From Pseudomonadota bacterium (GTDB taxonomy: Bacteria > Bdellovibrionota_B > Oligoflexia > Silvanigrellales > Silvanigrellaceae): a stretch of DNA of 64,000 nucleotides. The position numbers and the translations under genes are program-made. Positions 17,482 through 26,840 of the stretch are shown here, piece by piece. The stretch lies in contig JBDLRP010000039.1 of assembly GCA_039799905.1 (NCBI GenBank), positions 32,001-96,000 on the forward strand, in the 5' to 3' direction. Every line of letters begins with the position of its first letter. Position 1 is the stretch's first letter. Below the pieces are notes generated by a model, which saw only the letters and a program-made list of their open reading frames with translations, ran no database searches and was not told the DNA's origin.

Positions 17482-18926
17482 TGGCTGATGTGCTCAATTC
17501 AACACGGACTAAAATTGTCTGCACGCTCGGACCATCGAGCAGCAACCGCGAAATGATTGCGGCCCTGATGGATGCGGGCATGAACGTGGCGCGGCTCAAC
17601 TTCTCGCACGGCGAGCACAGCACACACGCCCAGAACATCTCGATCATCCGCGAGCTTTCGCGTGAAAAGAACAAACCCATAGCCATTCTGCAGGACTTGC
17701 AGGGTCCAAAAATCCGCGTCGGCAAGCTGCGCGGCGGCTCGGTCACACTGACCAAAGGCCAGCACATCACTCTGATGTTCGGACTCGAACAAACCGACGA
17801 CAACATTCCTATCGATTACCGTGAACTCGCTGCCGATACACATGTCGGTGCGCAAATCCTGCTCGACGACGGACTTCTCGGCATGAAGGTCGTCGGAATC
17901 CGAGACGCGCTCGTGGATTGCGAAGTGATTCACGGCGGTCTGCTCAAGTCGCGCAAAGGCGTAAACTTTCCCGACAGCAACCTTTCGATTCCCTCAACAA
18001 CAGAAAAAGACACCCGCGACCTGCTGTTCGGAGTTGCGCAGGGTGTCGACTACGTTGCCCTCTCGTTTGTCCGTACCGCGGGTGACGTTCAGAAACTCAA
18101 ACAAATGCTGCGCGCGCTTGGCTCCGACATTCCTGTTGTTTCCAAGATCGAGATGCTGAGCGCCGTGGAAAACATCGACGACATCTGCAAGGTGTCGGAT
18201 GCCATCATGGTTGCCCGCGGAGACCTTGGGGTTGAGTGCGGATTTGCAAATGTTTCGGCCTACCAAAAACGCATCGTGCGCTCGGCGCGCTCGCACGGCA
18301 AGCCGGTGATTGTTGCAACACAGATGCTTGATTCGATGATCGAAAATCACGTTCCGACGAAGGCAGAAATCTCAGACGTCGCCAATGCGGTTTTTGATTT
18401 GGCTGATGCGACAATGCTCTCGGGCGAATCGGCTTCTGGCCGGCATCCGAGCCACGTGGTCAATACAATGCGCGACATTCTCAGCCGTGTTGAAGAGTCT
18501 GGAATGCTGCTGCCGGCCGATGAAAATGCGCGGCTGTTTAAATCCCACGCAACGCCTGAAGTGGTGGCGCGCACGGCTGCGGAACTCGCCGACTCGTGCA
18601 AGGCATCTGCCATCGTCTGTCTGACTCTGACGGGCAACATCGCCCGCACTGTCGCCAAGTATCGCCCGCGCACTCCGGTTGTCGCACTCAGCCCGCGCCC
18701 CGACGTTGTCCGCAAGCTGAGCCTTGTCCGCGGAGTTGTCGGCGTCCAGAACACGATGTTCTTCGACACCGACGGCGCTCTGCATGAAATTGCAAAATCT
18801 ATCGTACAGAAGGGGCTTGCCCGCGAAGGCGACCTGCTGGTCATCACAGGCGGAATTCCATTGGCATCGATGCAGCCGACGAATCTCATCAAGCTGCACC
18901 GTATCTCAAAAGAGGACGTACTGTGA
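17481..18926 (+). CDS. pyk: Pyruvate kinase
   Basis: RTKIVCTLGPSS, ARLNFSHG, DLQGPKIR, MVARGDLGVE, ATQMLDSM and MLSGESA. Confidence 0.98.
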   Translation: MADVLNSTRTKIVCTLGPSSSNREMIAALMDAGMNVARLNFSHGEHSTHAQNISIIRELSREKNKPIAILQDLQGPKIRVGKLRGGSVTLTKGQHITLMFGLEQTDDNIPIDYRELAADTHVGAQILLDDGLLGMKVVGIRDALVDCEVIHGGLLKSRKGVNFPDSNLSIPSTTEKDTRDLLFGVAQGVDYVALSFVRTAGDVQKLKQMLRALGSDIPVVSKIEMLSAVENIDDICKVSDAIMVARGDLGVECGFANVSAYQKRIVRSARSHGKPVIVATQMLDSMIENHVPTKAEISDVANAVFDLADATMLSGESASGRHPSHVVNTMRDILSRVEESGMLLPADENARLFKSHATPEVVARTAAELADSCKASAIVCLTLTGNIARTVAKYRPRTPVVALSPRPDVVRKLSLVRGVVGVQNTMFFDTDGALHEIAKSIVQKGLAREGDLLVITGGIPLASMQPTNLIKLHRISKEDVL

Positions 18927-20561
18927 CCAAGTGCACTCGAGCCCGCCGTTGAAGACCTTCTTCCTACGCGTGGCTCTGAGTCCAACACTGCCGGCCAGCT
19001 GATCGCTGCCGGCGAGAATCCATGCCTGCCAGCCGCGGCAATTTTTCTTCAAAGTATCACCGATTCCCTTGTAGACCGTGCGCAATTCTTCTTCTTCGCC
19101 AAGGCGTACACCGTAGGGCGGGTTCATCACGACAATCCCCTCGGGTGAAGCAATTTTCAAGCGCGACACATCGCCCACTTCAAAGTTGAGAAGCTTGCTG
19201 ACTCCCGCGGCTTCGGCATTTCTTTTCGCAGAGGAAATAGCCAGAGCGTCGTAATCGCGGCAGTGGATTGGTGGCTGCAGTCCCTTGCCTGCCTCTTCTC
19301 GGTTAAGCACTCCGACACGGTATTTTTCCAACCTGTCAAAGACTTCGACAAGCGAAAGTTCCATGGAGCGAATCTGCCGGCGCACTCCCTCGCTCTGCCG
19401 CAAGGATGTTTCGGGAAACACATTCAGCGCCGTGTAGGCAAAGAATTTTCGCTCGATTTGTGGTCTGCGGTTGAGCAGTTGAAGTGCTGCTTCGATGGCG
19501 AATGTGCCTGTGCCGCACATCGGATCGAGCAGATCGGGAGTGAGCAGAATTTGCGCAGGAATTCTGCGTGAATTCGCCTGAGAAGAATCATCCGATGCTT
19601 CAGCGGACTTCTTGGCTGTGCTGTCCTGAACGCGCGAGAAAAAAACCTTTTTGCCCGCACCTGAGTGGATAGCTCGGCAGAACTGACTCCAGCCGGTCAT
19701 GCGCAACAGCCCTGCCGCCAGCAATTCGCTGAGCGGCGCATCGCCGCCTGCAACTCGGTAGCCGCGCTGGGAGAGCGGATTTCCGGTTGTGTCCAACGAA
19801 ACAGAAAGTTTCCTGCGGTGCAGGCGCGCAATCACGCGCACCTGTGGTGCAATTTTATCGACGCTTGGGCGTTCGCCGGTGCGCTTGCGGAAAGAATCCA
19901 CCAAGGCGTCCTTCAACTTGAGGGTCAGTGCGGGAGCCCTGATAACCGAGTCGGTCGCTGTCGCCGTGACAATGAATGTCTTGTCAGGCGAGAAAAAGGC
20001 GGTCCAGTTGAGTCTTTCAACCTGCCTGTAGAGATCCTCTACAGATTCAACTTCTGTTTCGAGAATCTCGCACAGCACGCGGCTTCCGCAACGCAATGAA
20101 AAATTCATCGCAATGGCGAAGTTCCACGGCGCCCTGACGTACACTCCTGCGCTTGCAGCCTGCGGCGGCTGCGGCAGTTCGATTTTCAGGTCTTGGGCAA
20201 GTTCAACAATCTCGCTGACGAGTTCTTCTTCAAGACCATGCGAGGTCGTGACAAAAAACGTCGCCGTGCGATCATCGAACGGCTGTCGGTTCCACTGCTG
20301 GTCCTGATGCGGACGCTGCGGGCGTTGCGTTGGCCGCAGGGGAGTTTGCCGACTCGGTCGGTCCTCCGCTCGGCGCGGGCGCGGCCCCTCCTGCGTTGAC
20401 TGCTCCGCTCGGCGCGGGCGCGGCCCCTCCTGCGTTGGCTGCTCCGCTCGGCGCGGGCGCGGCCCCTCCTGCGTTGGCTGCTCCGTTCGGCGCGGGCGCG
20501 GGCGACGCGCCTGTTCCTCCCGACTGCCCTGCTGCGCCCTTGTCGTTGGCCGGTTTTTCAT
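18906..20561 (-). CDS. rlmL: THUMP-domain rRNA m2G methyltransferase (RlmL-like) with disordered Arg/Pro/Gln N-terminus
   Basis: GLEEELVSEI, LSQRGYR...APLSELLAAG, DPMCGTGTFAIEAA, NPPYGVRL and NGGLEC; ATG 20561 preceded by GAGGAGG. Confidence 0.9.
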   Translation of the reverse strand: MKNRPTTRAQQGSREEQARRPRPRRTEQPTQEGPRPRRAEQPTQEGPRPRRAEQSTQEGPRPRRAEDRPSRQTPLRPTQRPQRPHQDQQWNRQPFDDRTATFFVTTSHGLEEELVSEIVELAQDLKIELPQPPQAASAGVYVRAPWNFAIAMNFSLRCGSRVLCEILETEVESVEDLYRQVERLNWTAFFSPDKTFIVTATATDSVIRAPALTLKLKDALVDSFRKRTGERPSVDKIAPQVRVIARLHRRKLSVSLDTTGNPLSQRGYRVAGGDAPLSELLAAGLLRMTGWSQFCRAIHSGAGKKVFFSRVQDSTAKKSAEASDDSSQANSRRIPAQILLTPDLLDPMCGTGTFAIEAALQLLNRRPQIERKFFAYTALNVFPETSLRQSEGVRRQIRSMELSLVEVFDRLEKYRVGVLNREEAGKGLQPPIHCRDYDALAISSAKRNAEAAGVSKLLNFEVGDVSRLKIASPEGIVVMNPPYGVRLGEEEELRTVYKGIGDTLKKNCRGWQAWILAGSDQLAGSVGLRATRRKKVFNGGLECTWSQYVLF

Positions 20562-21201
20562 TCGTCCCCTCCTCACTTCCAGTGCCCTGACACAATCCCA
20601 GTTCGCGGAACAACTCGTACTCCCGCGCGGAACGAATACGCGTATAGTATTCGAGAAACTCTGTCGCCTTTTTTGGATTCACAGCTTCAAGCAATCGGGT
20701 GACCTGACGCGGCGGAAGCTTACGCAAGAGCTGCATGACCAAATCGCGGTCCATGCCCTCAAGTACAGATGCCGCCTTTTTAGGTTCCATTTTTGCGATG
20801 AATTCGAGACTTTCGGAAAGCCGCTCTTCTTTGGCCTTGCGTTCTTTTTGCAGAGTTTCCTCAAGAAGCTTGCGTTCCTCTTCAATGCGCTTCAACTTTG
20901 CCTCAATGTCGGCCTTGGAACGTTCGTAACCTTGCCGCGCAACGTTCAACTTTTCGGTTTTTTGTTCAACGTCTTTGCGCATGAGCAGGAGCTGGTTGCG
21001 TAATTCTGCAGCCTTCGACAACGACAAGCCCTTTTCAGGAATTTCGGGAATTGCCGATGCGTTGTCCTGCTTTTTTGCATCGGCAGGTGCTGAATCCTCG
21101 GCATGGGCCTGCGATTTGTTCTGATTATAGGCATACATAAAACCGCCGCCGCCCATCAGTGCGACCGCTTTGACTGCAAACAAAATATGCAATGCCTTCA
21201 T
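20272..21201 (-). CDS. MotE/FlbB-like flagellar protein (MgtE-N-like domain) with Ala/Pro/Gly tail
   Basis: N-terminal TM helix, coiled coil, KMEPKKAASVLEGMD..L...LP.RQV..LL..VNPKKA; located after fliJ. Confidence 0.8.
   Translation of the reverse strand: MKALHILFAVKAVALMGGGGFMYAYNQNKSQAHAEDSAPADAKKQDNASAIPEIPEKGLSLSKAAELRNQLLLMRKDVEQKTEKLNVARQGYERSKADIEAKLKRIEEERKLLEETLQKERKAKEERLSESLEFIAKMEPKKAASVLEGMDRDLVMQLLRKLPPRQVTRLLEAVNPKKATEFLEYYTRIRSAREYELFRELGLCQGTGSEEGTNEKPANDKGAAGQSGGTGASPAPAPNGAANAGGAAPAPSGAANAGGAAPAPSGAVNAGGAAPAPSGGPTESANSPAANATPAASASGPAVEPTAVR
20364..20501. repeat. 39-bp tandem repeat, ~3.5 copies
   Basis: Unit CTCCGCTCGGCGCGGGCGCGGCCCCTCCTGCGTTGGCTG starts at 20364, 20403, 20442 and (partial) 20481. 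Confidence 0.95.
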
Positions 21202-21210
21202 ACGCCCCTC

Positions 21211-21672
21211 TCAGCGATCACGCGAGTCGTCGAAAGCTACCCGTTGATGGCGAAGAGTCGCCTGCTCGTCGAGAAACTTTCTCTCTTTTGCCTCTTCGCC
21301 CTGAATATGTTCCGAGGCCTTTTTATCGCGAAAATTTTCCATGATTTTGAGTTTTCGCCGGCATGCCAGCAAATGCTGCTCGGCGATCTCAACGTCCTGC
21401 TCGGCCACACGGATCGCCTGGAGAAGTTCAAGCATGCGGGCTTTGCGGATTTCGAGACTTTGCTCAAACGTGGCGTACTTGAAACACTCGCCAGCACGGA
21501 TGGCATCGTTAAGCTGATCGCGCTCACTGATGTACGCATCGCGCTGTTCATTGAGCAGCCGCCGCAATTCAGAAACAACCTTGCGGCAGTTTTCCAAATA
21601 GTTCTGCGCTTCGTCGACGGCTTCCTGTCGCATTTCCAAAACACGCTGCAGTTTGAAGATGAATTTTTTCAT
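21211..21672 (-). CDS. fliJ: Flagellar export protein FliJ
   Basis: MKKFIFKLQRVLEMR...E.KFLDE coiled coil, directly after fliI. Confidence 0.92.
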   Translation of the reverse strand: MKKFIFKLQRVLEMRQEAVDEAQNYLENCRKVVSELRRLLNEQRDAYISERDQLNDAIRAGECFKYATFEQSLEIRKARMLELLQAIRVAEQDVEIAEQHLLACRRKLKIMENFRDKKASEHIQGEEAKERKFLDEQATLRHQRVAFDDSRDR

Positions 21673-23009
21673 TCAGTTTCCAGCAAATTATGGAGACTCT
21701 GCAGCGAGTCGACAAATGACGACTTTTCATTGCGTCCCTGCCTGAGAAATTCCTCAATCTTGGGTTGCATGCGGATGGCGCGGTCGATCTTCGGGTTTGC
21801 ACCCTGATTGTAGGCACCGATCGAAATCAGGTCTTCATTTTTTTGATAGGTCGCCATCAAGTCGCGCAACTGACTGACGGCCGTCTGATGCTGCTGCTCC
21901 GTGATATCGACCATCACACGACTTGCACTGGTGAGAATATCAATCGCCGGAAAGTGGTTGCGTGCTGCAAGCTGTCGCGACAAATTCACGTGTCCATCAA
22001 GAATACTGCGCGCTGCGTCGGTGACCGGATCGTTGAAGTCATCGCCATCGACCAGCACCGTATATATTCCCGTAATGGAACCGTCTGTATCTGAGTTGCC
22101 CGCCTGTTCAAGCAGGCGCGGCAAAAGCGAAAACACCGAGGGAGTGTATCCCTTCGTCGTCGGTGGCTCACCTACGGCCAAGCCAATCTCACGCTGGGCC
22201 ATGGCAACTCGTGTGAGAGAGTCCATCATAAGAAGGACTTTCTTGCCGCCCTGTCGGAAGTAATCCGCCACCGCAGTGGCAACATGCGCCGCACGGATGC
22301 GCGCCAACGGGCTTTGATCGCCGGTCGACACAACAACTACACTGCGTGCAAGACCATCTGCACCCAAGTTCTCTTCAAGGAACTCACGCACCTCGCGTCC
22401 GCGCTCACCGATGAGCGCAATCACGTTGAGATCGGCTTTCGTGTATCGGGCGATCATGCCCAGCAACACACTTTTTCCCACGCCCGATCCAGCCATGATT
22501 CCCACACGCTGGCCTTCACCGCAGGTGAGCATGGTGTTCATCGCACGCACACCGAGATCCAATGGTTCTTCGATTCTTCTGCGCAAAAGCGGATTAAGAG
22601 GCTCACGAACAATCGACCAAGGAACTCCCGCCATCGCAGGAATAGGCTCGCCGACCATGGGCTTGAGATAGGGATCAACAATGCGGCCAATCAAGTGCGG
22701 ACCGACGCGGATCTTTGGTTCGCGCTCGATGCATTGAACCAACGCATTGGCGCACACACCGGTGGGATCCGAAAAAGGAATAATCAAAGCGCGGTCGCGG
22801 CGAAAGCCAACCACCTCACCATCGATGCTGTAGGAGCGCTGACCGTCGAAGATGCGTACCAGAGCGCCGAGCGGTGCTCCCGGGAGGTTTGCCTCAACGA
22901 TGGTACCCACCACTTCCAGAACCTTGCCCAGCTTATCCAGAACCAGAGGCTCGCGTGCAAGATTGGGACGCACGCTGCGGAGTCGTTGCAGGGCATTTGC
23001 GGCAAACAT
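21669..23009 (-). CDS. fliI: Flagellar export ATPase FliI
   Basis: GQRVGIMAGSGVGKS, IGERGREV, MDSLTRVAMAQREIGL..GEPPTTKGY and ILDGH. Confidence 0.97.
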   Translation of the reverse strand: MFAANALQRLRSVRPNLAREPLVLDKLGKVLEVVGTIVEANLPGAPLGALVRIFDGQRSYSIDGEVVGFRRDRALIIPFSDPTGVCANALVQCIEREPKIRVGPHLIGRIVDPYLKPMVGEPIPAMAGVPWSIVREPLNPLLRRRIEEPLDLGVRAMNTMLTCGEGQRVGIMAGSGVGKSVLLGMIARYTKADLNVIALIGERGREVREFLEENLGADGLARSVVVVSTGDQSPLARIRAAHVATAVADYFRQGGKKVLLMMDSLTRVAMAQREIGLAVGEPPTTKGYTPSVFSLLPRLLEQAGNSDTDGSITGIYTVLVDGDDFNDPVTDAARSILDGHVNLSRQLAARNHFPAIDILTSASRVMVDITEQQHQTAVSQLRDLMATYQKNEDLISIGAYNQGANPKIDRAIRMQPKIEEFLRQGRNEKSSFVDSLQSLHNLLETE

Positions 23010-23011
23010 GA

Positions 23012-24247
23012 TTAACCCGCCTTTTCCGTCGTGCTGTCTTTTTTCTCTTCATCAAAAAGCTCGTCTTTGAGGGAGTCAATGACAGCCTCAACGGTCTTCT
23101 GAATATCGAACGAGACGACCTCGTGATTGGCCTCAATCTTGATGTCGCCGCGGGCGAGTTTGGTGTTGGCCACCAGACGCAGACGGCTGCGCTGCTCGGC
23201 GGGAATCTGTTGCTCGAGCCGAGCAACATCCTCAGGGTGCATCTCGATTTTGAGTTCATCCTGAGCCTGAAACTGGCTCATTGCCGCGGTAAACACCGAG
23301 CGCAACGCCTCGTCATTCCATTGAATATGTTTGCGGAGAATTTTATCAGCGCACATCTGCGCGATTTCGGCAAAAATCTCGCGTCCCGTCGAAAGCAGTT
23401 CACCCTTGAGATGCTGCAACTCAGACAACGCCTTCGTGAAAAGCTGCATCGAGTGATTGTACTTTTGTTCCGCGTCGAGCGCGGCATCCTCACGCCCCTG
23501 CTGCAGACCGGCTTGCAGACCGTCGTTGTAGCTCTGCTGAATCAGCTCTTCATTGACCTGCGGCTGTTCAACCTCAACGGTCTCAACAGGTGGCGGAACA
23601 TTCTGCGCAGCGATTTGCATGGCAGTCTGTTCACCCTCGTGGCGACCTTGTTCGAGTCCGCGCTCAAATGCGGCTTGCACTGCGGCGTCGAGCTTCTCCT
23701 GCGTGATTTCGTTGAGCGTGAAATCCAGACCACGCGAAGTCAGGCCTTTGCCTTTGTGAGACGTCAGTGAGCTCAGATCACTGATGTCGGGAGCCGCCGT
23801 GCGACCCACGGACGTAGCACTTGCCACTGCGCCTGCATTCTCCTGTCCGGTGGAAGCGGCATCGGATTGCCCGCGGGGAGTTTCCTGCACTTTTGCAAAA
23901 TCTTCCTCGAGGTCGAGAAGCTCGAGAGCAACGACTTCATCCTCGTCCATCTGCATGCGACGCTTGCGCTGCCGGAGCTCTTCCTGACTTGCGAGAAATT
24001 CGGCGGTCATATCTTGCGGCAAAAGTGTCTTTGCCGGCTGTCCGAAGGTGCGCGAAAACTCGCTGGGCTTGACAACTTTCTTATTGAGCTCCTGAACCGG
24101 ATGACTCTTGGCAAGCACAACACTCTTGCGCTGGTTGTCTGTCAGAAGGATTGTTTCCGGAGAAAATTCCTTCCACGGATATTCCTCAACGTTGAGTTTG
24201 CCAAGCATTTCCTGCTGGTTCTTTTTCAAAAGCCGGCCGCGTGGCAT
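23012..24247 (-). CDS. fliH: Flagellar assembly protein FliH, long form
   Basis: AxxxGxxxG repeats (AFERGLEQGRHEG, GLQAGLQQGREDA), MHPED and LARGDIKIE; sits between fliG and fliI. Confidence 0.85.
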   Translation of the reverse strand: MPRGRLLKKNQQEMLGKLNVEEYPWKEFSPETILLTDNQRKSVVLAKSHPVQELNKKVVKPSEFSRTFGQPAKTLLPQDMTAEFLASQEELRQRKRRMQMDEDEVVALELLDLEEDFAKVQETPRGQSDAASTGQENAGAVASATSVGRTAAPDISDLSSLTSHKGKGLTSRGLDFTLNEITQEKLDAAVQAAFERGLEQGRHEGEQTAMQIAAQNVPPPVETVEVEQPQVNEELIQQSYNDGLQAGLQQGREDAALDAEQKYNHSMQLFTKALSELQHLKGELLSTGREIFAEIAQMCADKILRKHIQWNDEALRSVFTAAMSQFQAQDELKIEMHPEDVARLEQQIPAEQRSRLRLVANTKLARGDIKIEANHEVVSFDIQKTVEAVIDSLKDELFDEEKKDSTTEKAG

Positions 24248-24282
24248 GGTTTCAGCCCCTCAAGAGAGTTTAATCGTGGACG

Positions 24283-25281
24283 TCAGACAAGTGCATTTTC
24301 ACCGCTTGTCGCAATCACAATCTTGCCTTCATCGGCAAGGCGTCTTGCGATCTGGACGATACCCTGTTGTGCGGCCTCAACGTCGGTCAGTTTTGCAGGA
24401 CCCGCATTGGCCAGCTCTTCACGCAACGACTCGGCAGCACGCTGTGACATGTTCTTGAAGAGCAGTTCCTTGATTCCTTCCGACGCTGTCTTCATCGCAA
24501 GCTTGAGCTGCTCCATCTTGACTTCACGCATGATGCCCTGAATACCGCGGTCGTCGATCTTGATGAGATCTTCGAACGTGAACATCTTACGGCGGATCTC
24601 TTCCGTGAGGTCGGGATCGCGTTCTTCGAGGCGGTCGAGAATTGTTTCTTCGGTCGCCTTGTCCATCATGTTGAGCATTTCAACGATCGGTGTCACGCCG
24701 CCGATTTGCTGCTGTGTGACGTTACCCATGCGCTGGACTTCACCGCGCAGCACATCGTCGATTTCATCGATAAGCTCAGGCGACACGGCCTCGAGTTTTG
24801 AAATTCTCAAAATCAATTCGGTGTGCAGGCTCTCGGGGAGCATCTTAAGAGTCTCGCCGAATTTCTTGGGTTCAAGATGTGCGAGCACAAGTGCAATCGT
24901 CTGCGGGTGTTCGTTGCGCAGAATATTCGAGAGCATTTTAGCGTCAATCAGTTCGAGTGACTCGAGAGTCGCTGCTGTCTCTAGCGCGAGGTCTTCAATA
25001 TAGGCATTGGCTTGTCCGTCGCGGAATGCACTTTCAAGCAATTTTTTGGTGAACTCGTTGCCGCCGAAAAAATACTTCTTGTTACTTTGCAGAACGTGAT
25101 AGAATTCTTCCATCACTTCGTCGATCGTTTCGCCGTCGATGCGGCCCAAACGGCTCATCGCGCTACCGACGCGCTTGATTTCAAATTCATTCATCTGCTT
25201 GAAAATTTCAGCGGAAATATCTTCGCCAAATGCAAGAAGCAAAATGGCTGCTTTCTGTGGTCCGGTGTACTTGGTCGCCAC
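24283..25281 (-). CDS. fliG: Flagellar motor switch protein FliG
   Basis: GPQKAAILLL, EHPQTIALVLAHL, MFTFEDL, NMSQRAA and VEAAQQ; GTG start at 25281 after GGAGG. Confidence 0.97.
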   Translation of the reverse strand: MATKYTGPQKAAILLLAFGEDISAEIFKQMNEFEIKRVGSAMSRLGRIDGETIDEVMEEFYHVLQSNKKYFFGGNEFTKKLLESAFRDGQANAYIEDLALETAATLESLELIDAKMLSNILRNEHPQTIALVLAHLEPKKFGETLKMLPESLHTELILRISKLEAVSPELIDEIDDVLRGEVQRMGNVTQQQIGGVTPIVEMLNMMDKATEETILDRLEERDPDLTEEIRRKMFTFEDLIKIDDRGIQGIMREVKMEQLKLAMKTASEGIKELLFKNMSQRAAESLREELANAGPAKLTDVEAAQQGIVQIARRLADEGKIVIATSGENALV

Positions 25282-25536
25282 GCCCGGGTTCCCCCTCCCC
25301 TGAAGGCATAATCCGCCTACGGATCTGCCGCTAATCACGCTTTTTTCAGGATACTCAGGCGTTTAGTTTCCCACTCGGCAACCCTGACCACTCCCGTCAA
25401 GTTTCCAGACGGCAGCTCTACCTCGTCTATAACTGAACGATTTTACGAAGATTTTAAGAAAAATCCTTTTACTTGCGGCACTTGACCCTCTGGAGTATGA
25501 CCCCAGCGTTTAACCCTCAAGGCAAGGAGTGCAGCC

Positions 25537-25788
25537 ATGACCTTCAATTCTTCAGCAGTCTCTCTCGAATGGAAAATGAACAGCCTGATTCTCCGCCGCG
25601 GTGCAAGCGTACTCATGATTGAGGCCGCCAACGTTCAGGTCCTCAGAACTCTTAAAGAAAAGAATGACTTCAACGAATTCTTCAAAACCAAAGCGCTCGT
25701 CAACCGTGAAGCGCGACGCGTTTTCGAAGCTTGGGAGCGCAAGGACAAAGACCTCCTCGACAAGCTTTTCGGTGAAATGAACGCCTGA
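25537..25788 (+). CDS. Small hypothetical protein (83 aa)
   Basis: RBS AAGGAG; amphipathic helical pattern; fills the intergenic space. Confidence 0.75.
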   Translation: MTFNSSAVSLEWKMNSLILRRGASVLMIEAANVQVLRTLKEKNDFNEFFKTKALVNREARRVFEAWERKDKDLLDKLFGEMNA

Positions 25789-25850
25789 ATCTGCAAAGGC
25801 GTTGTGCTTTTTCATTTGCTCAGGCCGCCGGATTTGTGGAGCTATTCCCG

Positions 25851-26840
25851 ATGAGCGTTTTTCATAATCTTGCCTTTTATAAATTTGTAAGCATCGATGA
25901 CGTCCCGAGGACCGCCGATGAGTTCAGAGCGCTCGTCGAAACGCTCAATATAAAAGGAACGCTGATCTTCGCTTCCGAGGGTCTCAATGGTTATGTTGCG
26001 GCCAGCCCCGAATCGGCTGAGAAGTTTATCGACCACTGCCGGCGGGATGCACGATTTGCCGACATCGAATTCAAGATCTCTGTGAGTGACTTCCAGCCCT
26101 ACAGCCGGATGCTCGTCAAACAGAAGAAAGAGATTGTCACCATGGGCCGCACCGGCATCGAGCCGGAGCACTTCACGGGCAAGCACGTCGACGGCGAAAC
26201 GCTCAAGAAATGGCTCGACGCGGGCGACGAGGTAATTCTCCTCGACACGCGCAACGACTACGAAACGAAGCTTGGCACATTCAAGAACGCGGTTGTTCCC
26301 GACATCAAAACCTTCCGCACATTTCCTGCGTGGGTTGAAGACAATTTCATGGAGAACAAGAACAAGCGGGTTGTGACCTTTTGCACCGGCGGCATCCGCT
26401 GCGAAAAAGCCACGGCCTACATGCGCCAGGTCGGATTTGATGACGTTTATCAAATTCAGGGTGGCATTCTAAAGTACTTTGAAGTGACGCAGGCAACGGG
26501 CGGTGACAATCACTATGAAGGTGATTGCTTTGTGTTCGACCACCGAGTGGCGGTCAACCCGGAGCTGCGCAAGACTGAACACGACATGTGTTACGTCTGC
26601 TGGGCAACCCTCAGCCCCGAAGACAAAGTCAGCCCGCTTTACAAGGCCAACGAATATTGTCCGCACTGCGCCGACGACACCCAGAAGCGTGCCGAGGAGC
26701 GACGGCGCAAGGCTGTCGAAACCAACCAACACGCGCTGCAAAGACGCTTCGAACGGGCAAAACGCGCGCGCGCCGAGTGGGAATCACGAGCGCAGATGAA
26801 GCCCCTTGGCATGACAGAAGGCGTAGATTCCGAGTCTTGA
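25851..26840 (+). CDS. trhO: tRNA U34 hydroxylase TrhO (YceA, rhodanese-related)
   Basis: AFYKF, GTLIFASEGLNG, LDTRNDYE..GTF, FCTGGIRCEKA, GGILKY and CFVFDHRVAV. Confidence 0.93.
   Translation: MSVFHNLAFYKFVSIDDVPRTADEFRALVETLNIKGTLIFASEGLNGYVAASPESAEKFIDHCRRDARFADIEFKISVSDFQPYSRMLVKQKKEIVTMGRTGIEPEHFTGKHVDGETLKKWLDAGDEVILLDTRNDYETKLGTFKNAVVPDIKTFRTFPAWVEDNFMENKNKRVVTFCTGGIRCEKATAYMRQVGFDDVYQIQGGILKYFEVTQATGGDNHYEGDCFVFDHRVAVNPELRKTEHDMCYVCWATLSPEDKVSPLYKANEYCPHCADDTQKRAEERRRKAVETNQHALQRRFERAKRARAEWESRAQMKPLGMTEGVDSES

Noticed and set aside
20364..20501. 39-bp repeats as a CRISPR array
   Set aside because: Units are contiguous with no spacers, lie inside coding frames, and no cas genes are present.
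21211..25281. Injectisome type III secretion system
   Set aside because: FliG, FliJ and the MotE-like gene mark the cluster as flagellar.
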